Assembly: GCA_963848825.1 (NCBI GenBank)
Contig: CAWKFA010000015.1
Coordinates: 1,837,608 to 1,901,607, forward strand
Source: an uncultured Planctomycetota bacterium
GTDB taxonomy: Bacteria; Planctomycetota; Planctomycetia; Gemmatales; Gemmataceae
Length of the DNA stretch: 64,000 nt
Direction of reading: 5' to 3'
Shown here: piece after piece, positions 63,370-64,000 of the stretch
Layout: the number at the start of each line of letters is the position of its first letter
Position numbering within the stretch: position 1 is the first letter of the stretch
The notes under the pieces: model-generated
What the model was told of the DNA's origin: nothing
The model's input: the letters and a program-made list of their open reading frames with translations, nothing else
The model's database searches: none
Position numbers and translations under genes: made by a program

Positions 63370-63975
63370 CTACGCCCAGCATCCAGCGGGCAGTTCATGG
63401 ACAAGGTTCTCCATGAACTGGGTCAAGGAAAACTCAGGCCAATCGACTTCAATTTCAGCGTCGCCGCAGACACGCAGACAAGTCTTGGAATTGGCGCAGC
63501 CTGGGGGCTTTAAGGCGACCGCGGCGGCCAGGTAAGGCGATGTGTGCGGCGAGTCCGAATTCGGCGCACTGGAAAAGCATTCCTCTTCATGGCCACACAA
63601 GACCACCCAAAGTCCAGGCAGGTTGTTTTCCGATATCATCGTAGCCGCAACGAGGAAAGCTTCCGCAACGGCCGTGGGCCCGCCGCCGATACCGAAATTC
63701 GGCCCATGGATACGCAAAGATTGGCTGATCGTGCCGGACATGGCATGTAGGGAGTGATGAGGAATCAGGTGAGGTGTGATGCCCCAGGGGCCGTCCTGGC
63801 GATAATCCATGAGTCCCCGCAGGATGCCGGCACGGCCAAACAAATTAGCGGCAGCGACCACGCCCCAGTTCCGATAGTTGTCGGTGGGTTCCTTCAAAAA
63901 GCTCATTGCCTTGCTGATCGTTGCCAGGGCTAGAACTGTTTGATGATCGGAGTGTTTCAAGAAGCCCAGAGGCAC
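63370..63975 (-). CDS. ketosynthase-fold protein lacking the active-site Cys (CLF-like partner), upstream of the KAS; probably 5'-truncated by the window
   Basis: ...IHGPNFGIGGGPTAVAEAFLVAATMI... aligns to the KAS active-site region with Gly in place of Cys. Confidence 0.45.
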   Translation of the reverse strand: MPLGFLKHSDHQTVLALATISKAMSFLKEPTDNYRNWGVVAAANLFGRAGILRGLMDYRQDGPWGITPHLIPHHSLHAMSGTISQSLRIHGPNFGIGGGPTAVAEAFLVAATMISENNLPGLWVVLCGHEEECFSSAPNSDSPHTSPYLAAAVALKPPGCANSKTCLRVCGDAEIEVDWPEFSLTQFMENLVHELPAGCWA

Positions 63976-64000
63976 GGACCGGTCTGGCGGAAGGTGCGGG

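Overview
This window is high-GC bacterial chromosome, most likely from a Planctomycetota-type genome. The evidence is a DUF1559 pilin-like protein, many secreted or membrane hypotheticals, a Ser/Thr kinase and a FIST protein.

Housekeeping genes are clear: groES-groEL, pgm, tkt, truB, rpmI-rplT-pheS-pheT, aroB, dprA, rsmE, a fabF-like KAS II, and a YebC regulator. Accessory content includes two LmbE/PIG-L deacetylases (one fused to a ThuA-like domain), a Na+/solute symporter operon, a YkgJ Cys-cluster protein, and a zinc-ribbon/DUF4328 protein. It also holds a Ser/Thr kinase translationally coupled to a UrtA/AmiC-like amide/urea-binding protein, a P-II-like protein, a YegS-like lipid kinase, three tandem SPFH (HflK/C) genes next to a P1B-type ATPase, and a TPR membrane protein. 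Also present are a CPBP protease, an ABC-2 exporter pair, a PAS/AAA+/HTH regulator, a ferredoxin, two Spy/LTxxQ-like proteins, an Flp pilin and a GT87/DUF2029-like glycosyltransferase.

The most interesting locus is a co-directional operon at about 45.2-49.6 kb. It encodes a bacterial Hen1 RNA 3'-end 2'-O-methyltransferase, a stand-alone Pnkp-type P-loop polynucleotide kinase, a Thg1-like 3'-5' nucleotidyltransferase and two paralogous Pol-beta-fold nucleotidyltransferases. This looks like an RNA end-repair or modification cassette with no ligase.

Non-coding highlights are:
- a MITE-like element with perfect 37-bp terminal inverted repeats, present as two full copies in opposite orientations plus at least two solo-TIR remnants;
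- a 34-bp inverted repeat carrying two outward-facing terminator-like hairpins between truB and the lipid-kinase gene;
- a cluster of 36-bp stem-loop repeats (three direct, two inverted) that carry a compensatory stem change.

Many genes, including essential pheT and rpmI, are interrupted by +1/-1 frameshifts, mostly at homopolymer runs. The simplest explanation is indel-type sequencing error, and gene models were merged on that assumption.
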